Assembly: GCF_964204645.1 (NCBI RefSeq)
Contig: NC_134026.1
Coordinates: forward strand, 519,950-583,949
DNA: 64,000 nucleotides
DNA from: Tubulanus polymorphus
Lineage: Eukaryota; Animalia; Nemertea
Reading direction: 5' to 3'
Translations under genes and position numbers: made by a program
The notes under the pieces: model-generated
What the model was told of the DNA's origin: nothing
Databases searched by the model: none
What the model saw: only the letters and a program-made list of their open reading frames with translations
Shown here: piece after piece, positions 27,945-39,800 of the stretch
Layout: each line of letters starts with the position of its first letter
How positions within the stretch are numbered: the stretch's first letter is position 1

Positions 27945-30900
27945 AATCAGTATCAGTGATTTTGAGCTCGAACCTGGGACGCCCCTGTTCATCCATCCTC
28001 TATTCAGCATCAGGACCACTCTGAATCAGCATCAATAATTACTGGATTCGAACCCGGGACACCCCTGAACATCCTCTATTCAGCATCAGGACCTCTAAAT
28101 CAGTATCAGTAATAACTGGGTTTGAACCCCCGGGACACCCCTGTACATCCTCTATTCAGCATCAGGACCTCTGAATCAGTATCAGTAATTACTGGGTTCG
28201 AACCTGGGACACCCCTGTTCTTCCTTTATGCATCAAGACCACTCTGAATCACAGTAATTGATGGGTTCGAACCCGGGACATCCTTGTGTATCCTCTATTC
28301 AGCATCAGTACCACTCTGAATGAATCAGCATCAGTAATTACTGGATTCGAACACGGGATACCCCTGTACATCCTCTATTCAGCATCAGGACCTCTGAATC
28401 AGTATCAGTAATTACCTTTGTTAAGACATCAACATTTTACCGTACGGTGCTGCCTCTATGCTCATTGTTAGCGGGATTTTTATACACTAACTAAAGTCAA
28501 CTCTGGCAAGCTAAGGTCACGGAGTATAACTGGACAGCACGTCGATTGCCAGAGTTGACTTTAGTTAGTGTATGAAAATCCCCCTAACGATGAGCATAGC
28601 GGCAGCACTGTACGGTCGGGACAACCATGTACATCCTTTATTCAGCATCAGGACAACTCTGAATCAGTAACAGTAATTACTTGGTTCGAACCCGGGACAC
28701 CCCTGTACATCCTCTATTCAGCATCAGGACCTCTGAATCAGTATCAGTAATTACCTTTGTTAAGACATCAACATTTTACCGTACGGTGCTGCCTCTATGC
28801 TCATTGTTAGCGGGATTTTTATACACTAACTAAAGTCAACTCTGGCAAGCTAAGGTCACGGAGTATAACTGGACAGCACGTCGATTGCCAGAGTTGACTT
28901 TAGTTAGTGTATGAAAATCCCGCTAACGATGAGCATAGCGGCAGCACTGTACGGTCGGGACAACCATGTACATCCTTTATTCAGCATCAGGACAACTCTG
29001 AATCAGTAACAGTAATTACTGGGTTTGAACCCCCGGGACACCCCTGTACATCCTCTATTCAGCATCAGGACCTCTGAATCAGTATCAGTAATTACCTTTG
29101 TTAAGACATCAACATTTTACCGTACGGTGCTGCCTCTATGCTCATCGTTAGCGGGATTTTTATACACTAACTAAAGTCAACTCTGGCAAGCTAAGGTCAC
29201 GGAGTATAACTGGACAGCACGTCGATTGCCAGAGTTGACTTTAGTTAGTGTATGAAAATCCCGCTAACGATGAGCATAGCGGCAGCCCTGTACGGTCGGG
29301 ACAACCCTGTACATCCTTTATTCAGCATCAGGACAACTCTGATTCAGTATCAGTAATTACTTCGGTTCGAACCCGGGACACCCCTGTACATCCTCTATTC
29401 AGCATCAGTACCACTCTGGACCAGTATCAGTAATTACTGGGTTCGAACCTGGTACACCCCCGTACATCCTTTTTCAGCATCAGGACCACTCTGAATCAGT
29501 ATCAGTAATTACTGGGTTCGAACCCGGGACATCCTCGTACATCCTCTATTCAACATCAGTACTGCTTTGAATCAGTTATCAGTAATTACTTTTGTTAAGA
29601 CATCAACATTTTACCGTACGGTGCTGCCTCTATGCTCATCGTTAGCGGGATTTTTATACACTAACGTTAGTCAACTCTGGCAAGCTAAGGTCACGGATTA
29701 TAACTGGACAGCACGTCGATTGCCAGAGTTGACTTTAGTTAGTGTATGAAAATCCCGCTAACGATGAGCATAGCGGCAGCACAATACGGTCGGGACAACC
29801 ATGTACATCCTTTATTCAGCATCATGACAACTCTGAATCAGTAACAGTAATTACTGGGTTTGAACCCCCGGGACACCCCTGTACATCCTCTATTCAGCAT
29901 CAGGACCTCTGAATCAGTATCAGTAATTACCTTTGTTAAGACATCAACATTTTACCGTACGTTGCTGCCTCTATGCTCATCGTTAGCGGGATTTTTATAC
30001 ACTAACGTTAGTCAACTCTGGCAAGCTAAGGTCACGGATTATAACTGGACAGCACGTCGATTGCCAGAGTTGAATTTAGTTAGTGTATGAAAATCCCGCT
30101 AACGATGAGCATAGCGGCAGCACAATACGGTCGAGACAACCATGTACATCCTTTATTCAGCATCAGGACAACTCTGAATCAGTAACAGTAATTACTGGGT
30201 TTGAACCCCCGGGACACCCCTGTACATCCTCTATTCAGCATCAGGACCTCTGAATCAGTATCAGTAATTACCTTTGTTAAGACATCAACATTTTACCGTA
30301 CGGTGCTGCCTCTATGCTCATCGTTAGCGGGATTTTTATACACTAACGTTAGTCAACTCTGGCAAGCTAAGGTCACGGATTATAACTGGACAGCACGTCG
30401 ATTGCCAGAGTTGACTTTAGTTAGTGTATGAAAATCCCGCTAACGATGAGCATAGCGGCAGCACAATACGGTCGAGACAACCATGTACATCCTTTATTCA
30501 GCATCAGGACAACTCTGAATCAGTAACAGTAATTACTGGGTTTGAACCCCCGGGACACCCCTGTACATCCTCTATTCAGCATCAGGACCTCTGAATCAGT
30601 ATCAGTAATTACCTTTGTTAAGACATCAACATTTTACCGTACGGTGCTGCCTCTATGCTCATCGTTAGCGGGATTTTTATACACTAACGTTAGTCAACTC
30701 TGGCAAGCTAAGGTCACGGAGTATAACTGGACAGCACGTCGATTGCCAGAGTTGACTTTAGTTGGTGTATGAAAATCCCGCTAACGATGAGCATAGCGGC
30801 TGCACTGTGCGGTCCGGACACCCCTGTACATCCTTTATTCAGCATCAGGACAACTCTGAATCAGTATCAGTAATTACTGGGTTCGAACCCGGGACACCCC

Positions 30901-31118
30901 TGTTCATCCTTTATCCATCAGGACCACTCTGAATCACAGCAATTGATGGGTTGAACCCGGGATACCCCTGTACATCCTTTATTCAGCATCAGTACCACTC
31001 TGAATCAGCATCAGTAATTAGTGGGTTCGAATCCGGGACATCCCCGTATATCCTCCATTCAGCATCAGTACCGCTCTGAATCAGTTATCAGTAATTACTT
31101 TGTTTAAGATATCAACAT
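27945..31118. repeat. Composite tandem array: ~80-bp tRNA-like B-box modules alternating with 178-bp hairpins (~341-bp higher-order unit)
   Basis: Short module ...gtaattactgggttcgaacccgggacacccctgtacatcctctattcagcatcaggac...; seven full hairpins start at about 28439, 28778, 29119, 29613, 29954, 30295 and 30636. First hairpin has arms 28439-28509 and 28546-28616 with a 36-nt loop. Confidence 0.92.
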
Positions 31119-31819
31119 ACGAATACGAATACGAATATTTATTACACTCCAACCATTTCTATTGTATATGGAGGAAAAACATTATTTACAATAATTACAT
31201 AAACAGTAATAAAAGCTACAAAACTTAATTAACTGGTCTCACACTTATGTACATGATATACTATTTACTATTTATAATACATATATTTACAATACATATA
31301 TTTACAATTCATATACTACCGGAGGGATTTATATACATCTAGACTTATTTTGATGAATTTAGCCATATTTAAAGTTGGATTTTTTAATACATCGAAGTTC
31401 CGAAAGGTATTTATATCTAAGTGGTTTTCACGGGGTTCGGTTAGCAAATTACAATCGAAAGTAGAATGTACTTCGTCTCCTAAAACGTTGCAGGCGTGGC
31501 AATCTATCGGTTATGGGTAAATGAAGGTTTGATAGTCTATTAACAGGTAGGAAATAAGACCCAATCCTGAACTGGAATAAATTGGTCACTAAATCGTCAT
31601 CAAGCTGATTAATATAGTTTTCAAATTTAAATTCCTTCTTTAATTGCCTAAAATTAGTGTATAGCGAGTTATCATTCAACTTAAAATATATCTCTTGTAC
31701 GTGCTGGTCTCGGAGTACACATTTTAATTTCTTTGAGAGAGTCATAGAGTTAACCATTAATTGCTGCGTCCAAATATATGATAGACCGCAGTCATCAAAA
31801 ATCTTCTTAATAAATAATA
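31119..31819 (-). mobile_element. 5'-truncated non-LTR retrotransposon (LINE) 3' end, RTE-X/CR1-group-like
   Basis: Degenerate ORF2 C-terminal-like peptide IFDDCGLSYIWTQQ...LRDQHVQE...FKFENYI...LFQFRIGSYFLPV, with a frameshifted GDEVHFTFDC zinc-knuckle remnant. 3' UTR carries a ctcca...tggag stem-loop and a (tattcg)n tail at 31119-31137. Clade assignment is inferred. Confidence 0.75.
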
Positions 31820-34800
31820 TTTTACCGTACGGTGCTCCCTCTATGCTCATCGTTAGCGGGATTTTTAAACACTAACATTAGTCAACTCTGGCAAGCTAAG
31901 GTCACGGAGTATAACTAGACTGGTTACCGGTCTACACCAGGAGGTGCTGCTACCGTTCAGAGCGGTGGTCGCTTACACTAATCCAATCTTCCAAAACAAA
32001 ACAAAATGCGTATGTGAGATTTTGGGGATATCAGAGATTTCTGGACTCCCTTCTTTCTCTTGTGAAACCACAAAAATTAATTTAACATCCTTGAAATCGT
32101 TGTTCATCGAGATCCATTGACATGTTCATGAATGAAAATAAGAAATCAAATATTTGCGGGTATCTGCTTTATTCCAACTCGTTTACACAACATAAAACGC
32201 TGACGAATATTTGGCAGTGGTATCAATAAATTAACACTCAAATAAAAAGTGAAATCTCTACACAACCACACCACATAATATCATTTATAATAAAACATAT
32301 TTAGTTCAAGATCAAACATTAAGTTGATCTTAAAATTCTAAGGAAACATAGTACATACGCCAAACTGAGCTAACAAAGTTGGAAATATATATCATAACTA
32401 ACTAACTACACGTATTCAAAATGAGACCCTGAAAATCATAAGTTATCAATATAAATAGTAGTTTTCAAATATACCACCAACATAGAGATAATAGAATAAG
32501 TTACTTTTCACGTCAGTTTTCAAGTAAAAATTCCGAGACATAAACAGATTTAAACTGAGCACAGAAACACCACCCAAATATTTATTCATTTTTCAAATGA
32601 CAAAGTAAGGATCTTTCAAGACAGTTTAAAGACAGATCATTAACCAGACTAAAGAGTTTGGACCCTGATGAATGTTGTATAAGATTAGGAAGCTAAGATC
32701 ATCATCAGAGGTCATGCATCATGCCAGCTCATCTCCTGGAATAATAACAGCATCATTCCCAGTTAAATACATTATTATTTTACCCCTAAGATAAATGCAC
32801 AAAGTCGGTTATATTTCATTGGTTGACCTTTTAGTCATGGACCGGTTTTTTTAAACTCTGCCATGGTTGTATTTTTGATTGAAGACAATATGCTTTTCAT
32901 ATCATTATGAAAAAAAAACAAACATCTATTAGTACCCTAATATTTTGTTTTCACTTTCGATTAAAAAATACCTCAACCCAACGAAAAACTTTTTACATCG
33001 ACTTCTGAAGAAGAGATATCACGTATAAAAGCAATGTTGTCACAATACAAGGAAATCGCGTATCAGAAAATTAGAAAATGAATAAATTGCACGTTAATTA
33101 TTACGAGACTAGTGTTAAACTCATGATTCCAAATATTCAAATTTTCACGAAGAAAAAACTAAAAAATTAATCGGAGAAAATACGAGACAAACACCGAATA
33201 GTTTTCATTATCTATAAATGTATAATATTCATCATAATCGTTACGTAGCCAAAATATATATATATCGATTTTTCATTTCTGGTCAAAATTCTCAGAAAAA
33301 AGTTCAGATTTCTCGTCAATAATATTAGTAGTAATAATAATCATAATAATAATAATAATATGAACATTTGTAAAAAACTTGTTCAGATTTTCATTTTTTT
33401 TCCTGTTTCATATAAAAGTTCCGTACACGTCTTTCGAATGTATGTAAACAGCAGAGTGAAGTAACACTAATTTAAGGACACACACACGGGTATTCCGGGA
33501 CTCACTAGAACGCACACAATTAATTTACATCTCATCACGTATTTTTTGAATATATTAATTAACCATTGATAATTATACAAAGATATGTCCACAACTGAAA
33601 AGATAAATATGGTACGTACACAATTGTTTTAAGAAGCTGTGCAGGTCTGATATTACTGATTACACAATTGATATTCAAGTCATACACATAATTTTCAAAC
33701 TGCGAATACAGGTCTCATATACAGCGGAGCTAATGACCATTTCATCTCATTTGAACAAATGCAACTTCAGTTTTGGTAGTATACACCAGATGTAGGTCTT
33801 GACTAAATGACCAGCACAGATGGACAGCTGAACAGATTTATTGATTTTTATTCCATTTTATACTGTATTTAAGGATTGCAAAAAACTCTTCTGACTCAAG
33901 TTGAATGGAGAAAAATTACTCGATTTTTGTTCAAACGATACATATGTTTCCATACCTACAAACCATGATTTTGGTGATTTGGAAATATCAGAGTTTGTGG
34001 CAGGTTAAACTGATTGTTATGAACTACCAAAATTGACTGAGCTTTGACACCCGACATACATTCAAACAAGTTAAAAGAGACATTAACAAATTTAGATAAC
34101 ACAGTAAATAACAAATACATCACTCGGGATCAGTATAGAATATCTGTCCATCCTATCAAACACCTCGAAATTCTATAACGCATAAATACGTAGCAGACAA
34201 TGATAATATCCGTAGTTTACTGTATTATACATCAAAAACTCTTACCGCAAATTATAGTGAATTTGTCGATATTCTAAATTCGGATTGATGACTAAAACAC
34301 CGATGTTTCTCTAGAGATATCTCAACTAAAACCAAGCTCACATAAAGGTATTCGATATTTCGAGCCCAATCGGTTAAAATGTATCGTTATTAAAAATGAA
34401 AAACCTATATGAGATATGTTTTTTAAAATGCTTCCAGCCCTCATTTGATAAATAGTAATCATATGTTTTTGTATTGATATCGGCTACTTCTTCTAACAAA
34501 CAATAAATATCATTCAATTAAATATTATATACAAGACAAATCCCTGCCTAGCTCCAACAGGGAGGGAGTTACGAGTTAAAATGATATGCAAAAAACATCT
34601 ATGTACAACTATCGAGGACATTGTACCAACAAGCAAAATACATGCTTACCGTAATTACTCTAAATTAATATATGTATTTATTGCAAAAATGTACACGGAA
34701 ATTACAATCTTTCCATCAGTTTTAACATGCACTATAATATACTTAAGGACTATATTCAAACTTCTCGCGATTTCTGAATTGAACGAACAGATTCTAGAGA

Positions 34801-35516
34801 CACAGCGACCGCTCTGCACGCGAATATAAATCGATAACTTTATATTCCACGAATCAAACGAATTATAATGAAAAACTATACATATATCGATAAAATGAAG
34901 ACCGTTACATAAAACAGATCGAGATGAGATCAATAAAATCTAAAACTGAAAACTCGCTACATTTTTCTCTACATAAAAATACGTCTAAAACCATCTTTAT
35001 ACTAAACTCTTAATCGGTTCCATAGGAGAAACATAAAACATCGGAACTGAATTCAGAGACTGTAAACTAGCACTAACATTAGCGGAAAGAGGAAGCAGAG
35101 ACTTTCAAATGAATGTTTTTTTTCTTGTACATGCGAGAAACATGGAATATATGTAAATAGAGAGATGATATTTCCGATAGCGAAACATCGTCAAAATGGA
35201 AAAATAGATTCTCCTTATAAAAACAGATCGGTGCTTTCAGCTAAATCTGTCCTCGCACATATATCAGTTATTTCTTTTGTAACCAGTACAAAATTTACAG
35301 TTCTACTGCTGCATTTTTTTCGTGTAAGGTATTATTGCATAAAAATGTATATAATATATTATTGTTATAATTGTTATTATGAGACAGACTACGCACAATA
35401 CGGGTGACATATTTCATCGCAGGTTCTACTAAAAGAGCAGAGTCAGACCGAATGTTTCAACATTATCCTATACAAGCAGGAACAAATTTGAAATATATTA
35501 TTTTATCTTATGTTCA

Positions 35517-35626
35517 GGGCCCAGTTTCACAAGCAGGTTTAACTCTTAAATCGATTTAATTTTTTCATTAATTCAGTTTATCTTAAATCGATTTAGGCGT
35601 TAATCCCTTTTGTGAAACTGGACCCA
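35517..35626. mobile_element. Short palindromic MITE (gggcccagtttcacaa type)
   Basis: gggcccagtttcacaa ... ttgtgaaactggaccc; related short elements near 8952-9056, 10820-10865 and 52767-52880. Confidence 0.55.
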
Positions 35627-36863
35627 GGGCTATAAACAGCAATTTTCTATCTACAGCTTAAAATTAAGAACTTGATTCAAGTGGTTGATGTTTGTAGCCG
35701 CGATCACACGAACACGAATTGGTCAGGGTGAAACTGGCCCGGGTCAGGCCAGAGTCAAATTTAGCCCGTGTTTATAATTAGAGTGCGTTCACACGTAAAT
35801 CACTCACTGGTTACTAAAATGCTATCTAAACCCTGCTTTAGTAAATGAGGTGATTCACTTCCAGAACCAGTTAGCAATCGCATGGAGTAATGTTTCCTGC
35901 GAAAAAGTATGGTACAGACCTGGTCAGATGTTTTTGGACGGGCCAAATTCAGCCCGTATCAGGCACAGACCTATTCGACACCAGTGCGAATGGTTGGCCT
36001 GGGTGAAAACGCTTGTGTGACTGCGGCTTATAACGCAATATCACGTGTTTTTATTATTGCACTAAAACAAGGAAAAACCCGGTTTGACTCGTCGAGACTA
36101 GACAAATTTTTGACCGTAAAAACGGCCGCATTCTCGCGATAACGATTATAGAGCCGGTGAAAATAAGTACGAGTTAAGTATGTTTGAATATCGATGAAAT
36201 CCGTGAAACAAAATATTCAAACTCGGCTTCGTACATCATCGCGAATTGTGTGAAAGAATACTATAAAAGGCTACAGCAGTTTGGAGTTTGGACGCTGGAG
36301 TTTTTTTTTTTTAAGGGAGGATTATCCGGTGCAAACAAATCATTTGTTTCTACTTGACTAGTGATTTAAAATAGAAATCAGAATCAATTCTAAATTCTAA
36401 TATTTGAACTGAACTGAACTGAACTGAACTGAACTCCCCTCAATCAATTCACTCGATGTCTTAAATTTCTAGAAATAAATAAAATATTCACAAATCTATG
36501 ACAAATATTTTCAACACAATATATGTATGTATATATATATGTATATATACCTATATATATATATTATTATCAAACGTATTTTATTCGTTCTCGAATTCAA
36601 AGTTTTCTTGACCGAACATTTTTTTGTTGAACACATTGCACGAGTTGCCGATCAATCGATCGATCCCGGCTCGGATCCGAGATCCGAGTTTTAGGCAGCA
36701 CCTTTTCCGTTCTCATCGCATCTGAACACAAACATGATTAAATACCTCGATTCATTTTACCATTTGAATCGAAGCGCGCGTGACCACGCACCTTCCTCTC
36801 GTGGCCAGACGTTAACTGAAATCCAAACTCAAACCGACAAATAATTAAAGCTCGAAATAAAGT

Positions 36864-39800
36864 CTATTTTTCGTCCGACATTTTTTCAGGCGAGCCGATC
36901 GTTTTCGAATCACCGTTTTCTTCTCCCGATTGGACTTTCTGTTGTAGTTTCTTCAGCAGCTCGGAGGCCGGTGTATTTAACGCGAAGCCCGGTCCGTACA
37001 TCAGCTCCGGGTGCTCAGCTAACGACAATCCGTTTGGCAGGACTACAGCTTGAGCAGGTAAAAACGCGTTGTTATCAACGGGCCATGTAAGGAATGGCTG
37101 GCTAGGAAACAATGCAGCCGCGCTGGCTGCAGCTGCCGGGAACTGTAGCTGAGCCATCAAATTGGCAGCTGCGGCTGAAGCTTGCGCAGCTGTTAGACTG
37201 GTGACAGCGTCGGGCAATGACATGGATGTATTATTAGGAGACGTTTTTGACGATGTATTTTGCGAAGATGGTTTAGCGGGGCTGATTTTCTGCGGTGTTG
37301 ATTTCTGATTGGTTTGTTGAGCTTGCTCTTGTTGCTGCGCGCGTTTCTCTTCAGCTTTTTTCTTCTGTCTCAACAGATGGCGCTCTTTAACTTTGTATTC
37401 GAGGGTTGAATGAGGGACGCCGTAGTAACTACCCGCTCGATGTACGCTCATTTCTCCGCGTTGCACCGCACGTACCGCCTCCATTAACAATGCATTGTTA
37501 TATTTACGATATTGGCCGCGTTTTGGACGGGTTTTCTTGACAGGTTGTTGTTCGGACCCTGTATTGCTGCCAGTCGACGAGTCTTTATTATTTGCGTCGG
37601 ATTTACGTAGTTTTTTCGAAGGTGAAGGTCCCGCGGAGCCGTTCACCGCCGTGCCCGAGGTGGCGCTACCGTTGCTATTAGACGCGTGTTGTTTGTTACC
37701 GTTATTCAGATAGTGTTGTAAGTTCGGATAAGTTTCGTTCGAACCGACGAAACGCGATCGAATTTTCTCGGTGATCGTTTTTGTGATTATTTCTTTCAGA
37801 GTGTCGTTTATACGATTATTAGACGACGAGCCGGATCCGGCGACGTCTGCCGATGTATCAGACGCCGGTATCGACGACGCCGGACTACTCACCTGCTCGT
37901 CTGAGATTCTGTGTTGCGGTTTATAGGACGGAATCTTTAGTTCAACTTGATGATGATGATTGAAATTATTTGAAACGGTTGATTCGACCGTTTCCACATC
38001 GTTACTGTCGCCGTTTACGAGTAATTTACTCTCGATTTCCATTCGCTGCTCGATCATTTTCCGCGCGATCTCCGGTAAAATCGAGGCCTGCGACGCCGCG
38101 TCGGATAAGTCTAATTTCGGGATGAATCCGAGCGCGGCTGCTGCGGCTGCCGATTCACCGATTAACGCGGCTAGATTCATATCCATCCCGACGAACGATT
38201 GCAGGTTGTGTTTGCGTCGAATCAATTCGAGTTTTTTCTCCCATGATTCCGATTCATCGTCATCGGTTTTATTATTGGTCCCGTTTTGTTGGACGATCGA
38301 CGGCGATTCTTTACGGTTGTTATTACCGGGACTGATCGACCGGCTGCTGGCCGCTGCCGCGGTGCCGTTTTGTAACAGGTCACCCATCGTTAGATTCTTG
38401 TTTAAGCGTAATTGTTGCGCTTCCATGTCGAGTTTATATATTTTGTTACGTAAAGTGGAGCGTGGAATCCCGTAGAGAACGGCCGCACGACGAGTTCCGA
38501 TTTTACCATCTCTGATTTCCTGAACGGCGGCCTGTAGTTCAGTATCGGTGTAATTACGCTTCGATCCATCCCGCTTCAGTTTCCTAAATAAATCAACAAA
38601 ACCAAATATTAGACAATCTTAGAGGATAATCACTTCCGAAAAATGCAACTAAAAATTAGCTAAGATAAAAACCCTGTAGACACAAGTTTTAGGTTGAGAA
38701 GATACACGATATCTGATGAATCCCACAATAATTCGGGTCACTCACTCAATGCCACACGTTTGATTTGTCACAACACCTGATGATGTCTGATAGTCTTTAA
38801 CTGAAACATTGCTCAATTTCACTCAAGAATTTACATTTGTAGCTGAATTATCGTGGGATTTCTCTTGTACAAGTTTTAACTAGACCTTATGTAACCGGGT
38901 CTTAATGTACAAATCAATTGCAGCCTTACAACAAACATTAACAAATCAAGGTTGTGGGTAAAACCCTTTACTATACACCTATGAAAGTGCTGGACAAAAT
39001 TCATGGATTTTTGAAAACATATTTTCAACTTACTCAGTCTTTTTAACATGCGGTACTTTCAGTTCAATGGAGTTTTGGCCTTTTTGTTGAGGTATATTGA
39101 CGTCAGAAGAAGGAGATCGTGGAGCAGTTGAACTCAGGTCCAAAGGTTGATTATCATCACCATTCTCTCGTAAAAAATAATTAGGGAACGTTATTGGAAG
39201 ACCTGAAATTAGAACAAAAAGAATTTTATCAACAGAATGATAATAGCGGTATGAATAGGCATATAACAGGTTCAACTAGTCCAGTTTGTCAAAAATATTC
39301 ATCTTATTCAGGGCTCTTACAGATCAGGGAATCTAAAATTTCCTGATATTTCCCTGAAACTGGGGCAAAAATTCACTGATCGAATTATAAGATATCCTCA
39401 GTTGGGGCTGTCCCTTGTTATATTCTTGATCTGTAAGAACTCTGTTCATTTATTCAGTTATTCTTCATTTTATTTCAATGTTTTGGGGAAACTAAATTCA
39501 TAAAATAAACTAAATTTTGAGTCAAAACTATGACACATAACTGTAGAAGTAGGAGTATGAAAAATCCTAAAATCTAAAGATTTATTCTAGACCTCAGAAT
39601 TTAAGTAGATTGGTAATTTCAGTACTGTAGGTACCGGTATAGTTCAATCCATGTAATGAACGAGAACTAAGACTAATACTATTATCGCATTCATCAATCA
39701 AATTCCTTCAGATAGATGGCAGCACTAGCGGACTAGTCAAAACTAAATTTGATCATTGTGACCTGTAAATTGTGCACATAAACTGATGATGCAGTAGTAA

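Noticed and set aside
28439-30812. Hammerhead-ribozyme retrozyme array
   Set aside because: Unit size fits, but no CUGANGA...GAAA core was found on either strand (closest are ctgatgct and ctgatact). The small repeated ORFs are repeat artefacts.
27960-31060. tRNA gene cluster
   Set aside because: Only the T-arm/B-box is recognisable; no full cloverleaf, D-arm or acceptor stem could be built.
37960-38475. Plus-strand ORFs of 171 aa and 72 aa (also 14206-14559 and 24733-25190)
   Set aside because: Antisense shadows of real coding exons (E93, RNF146, P450).
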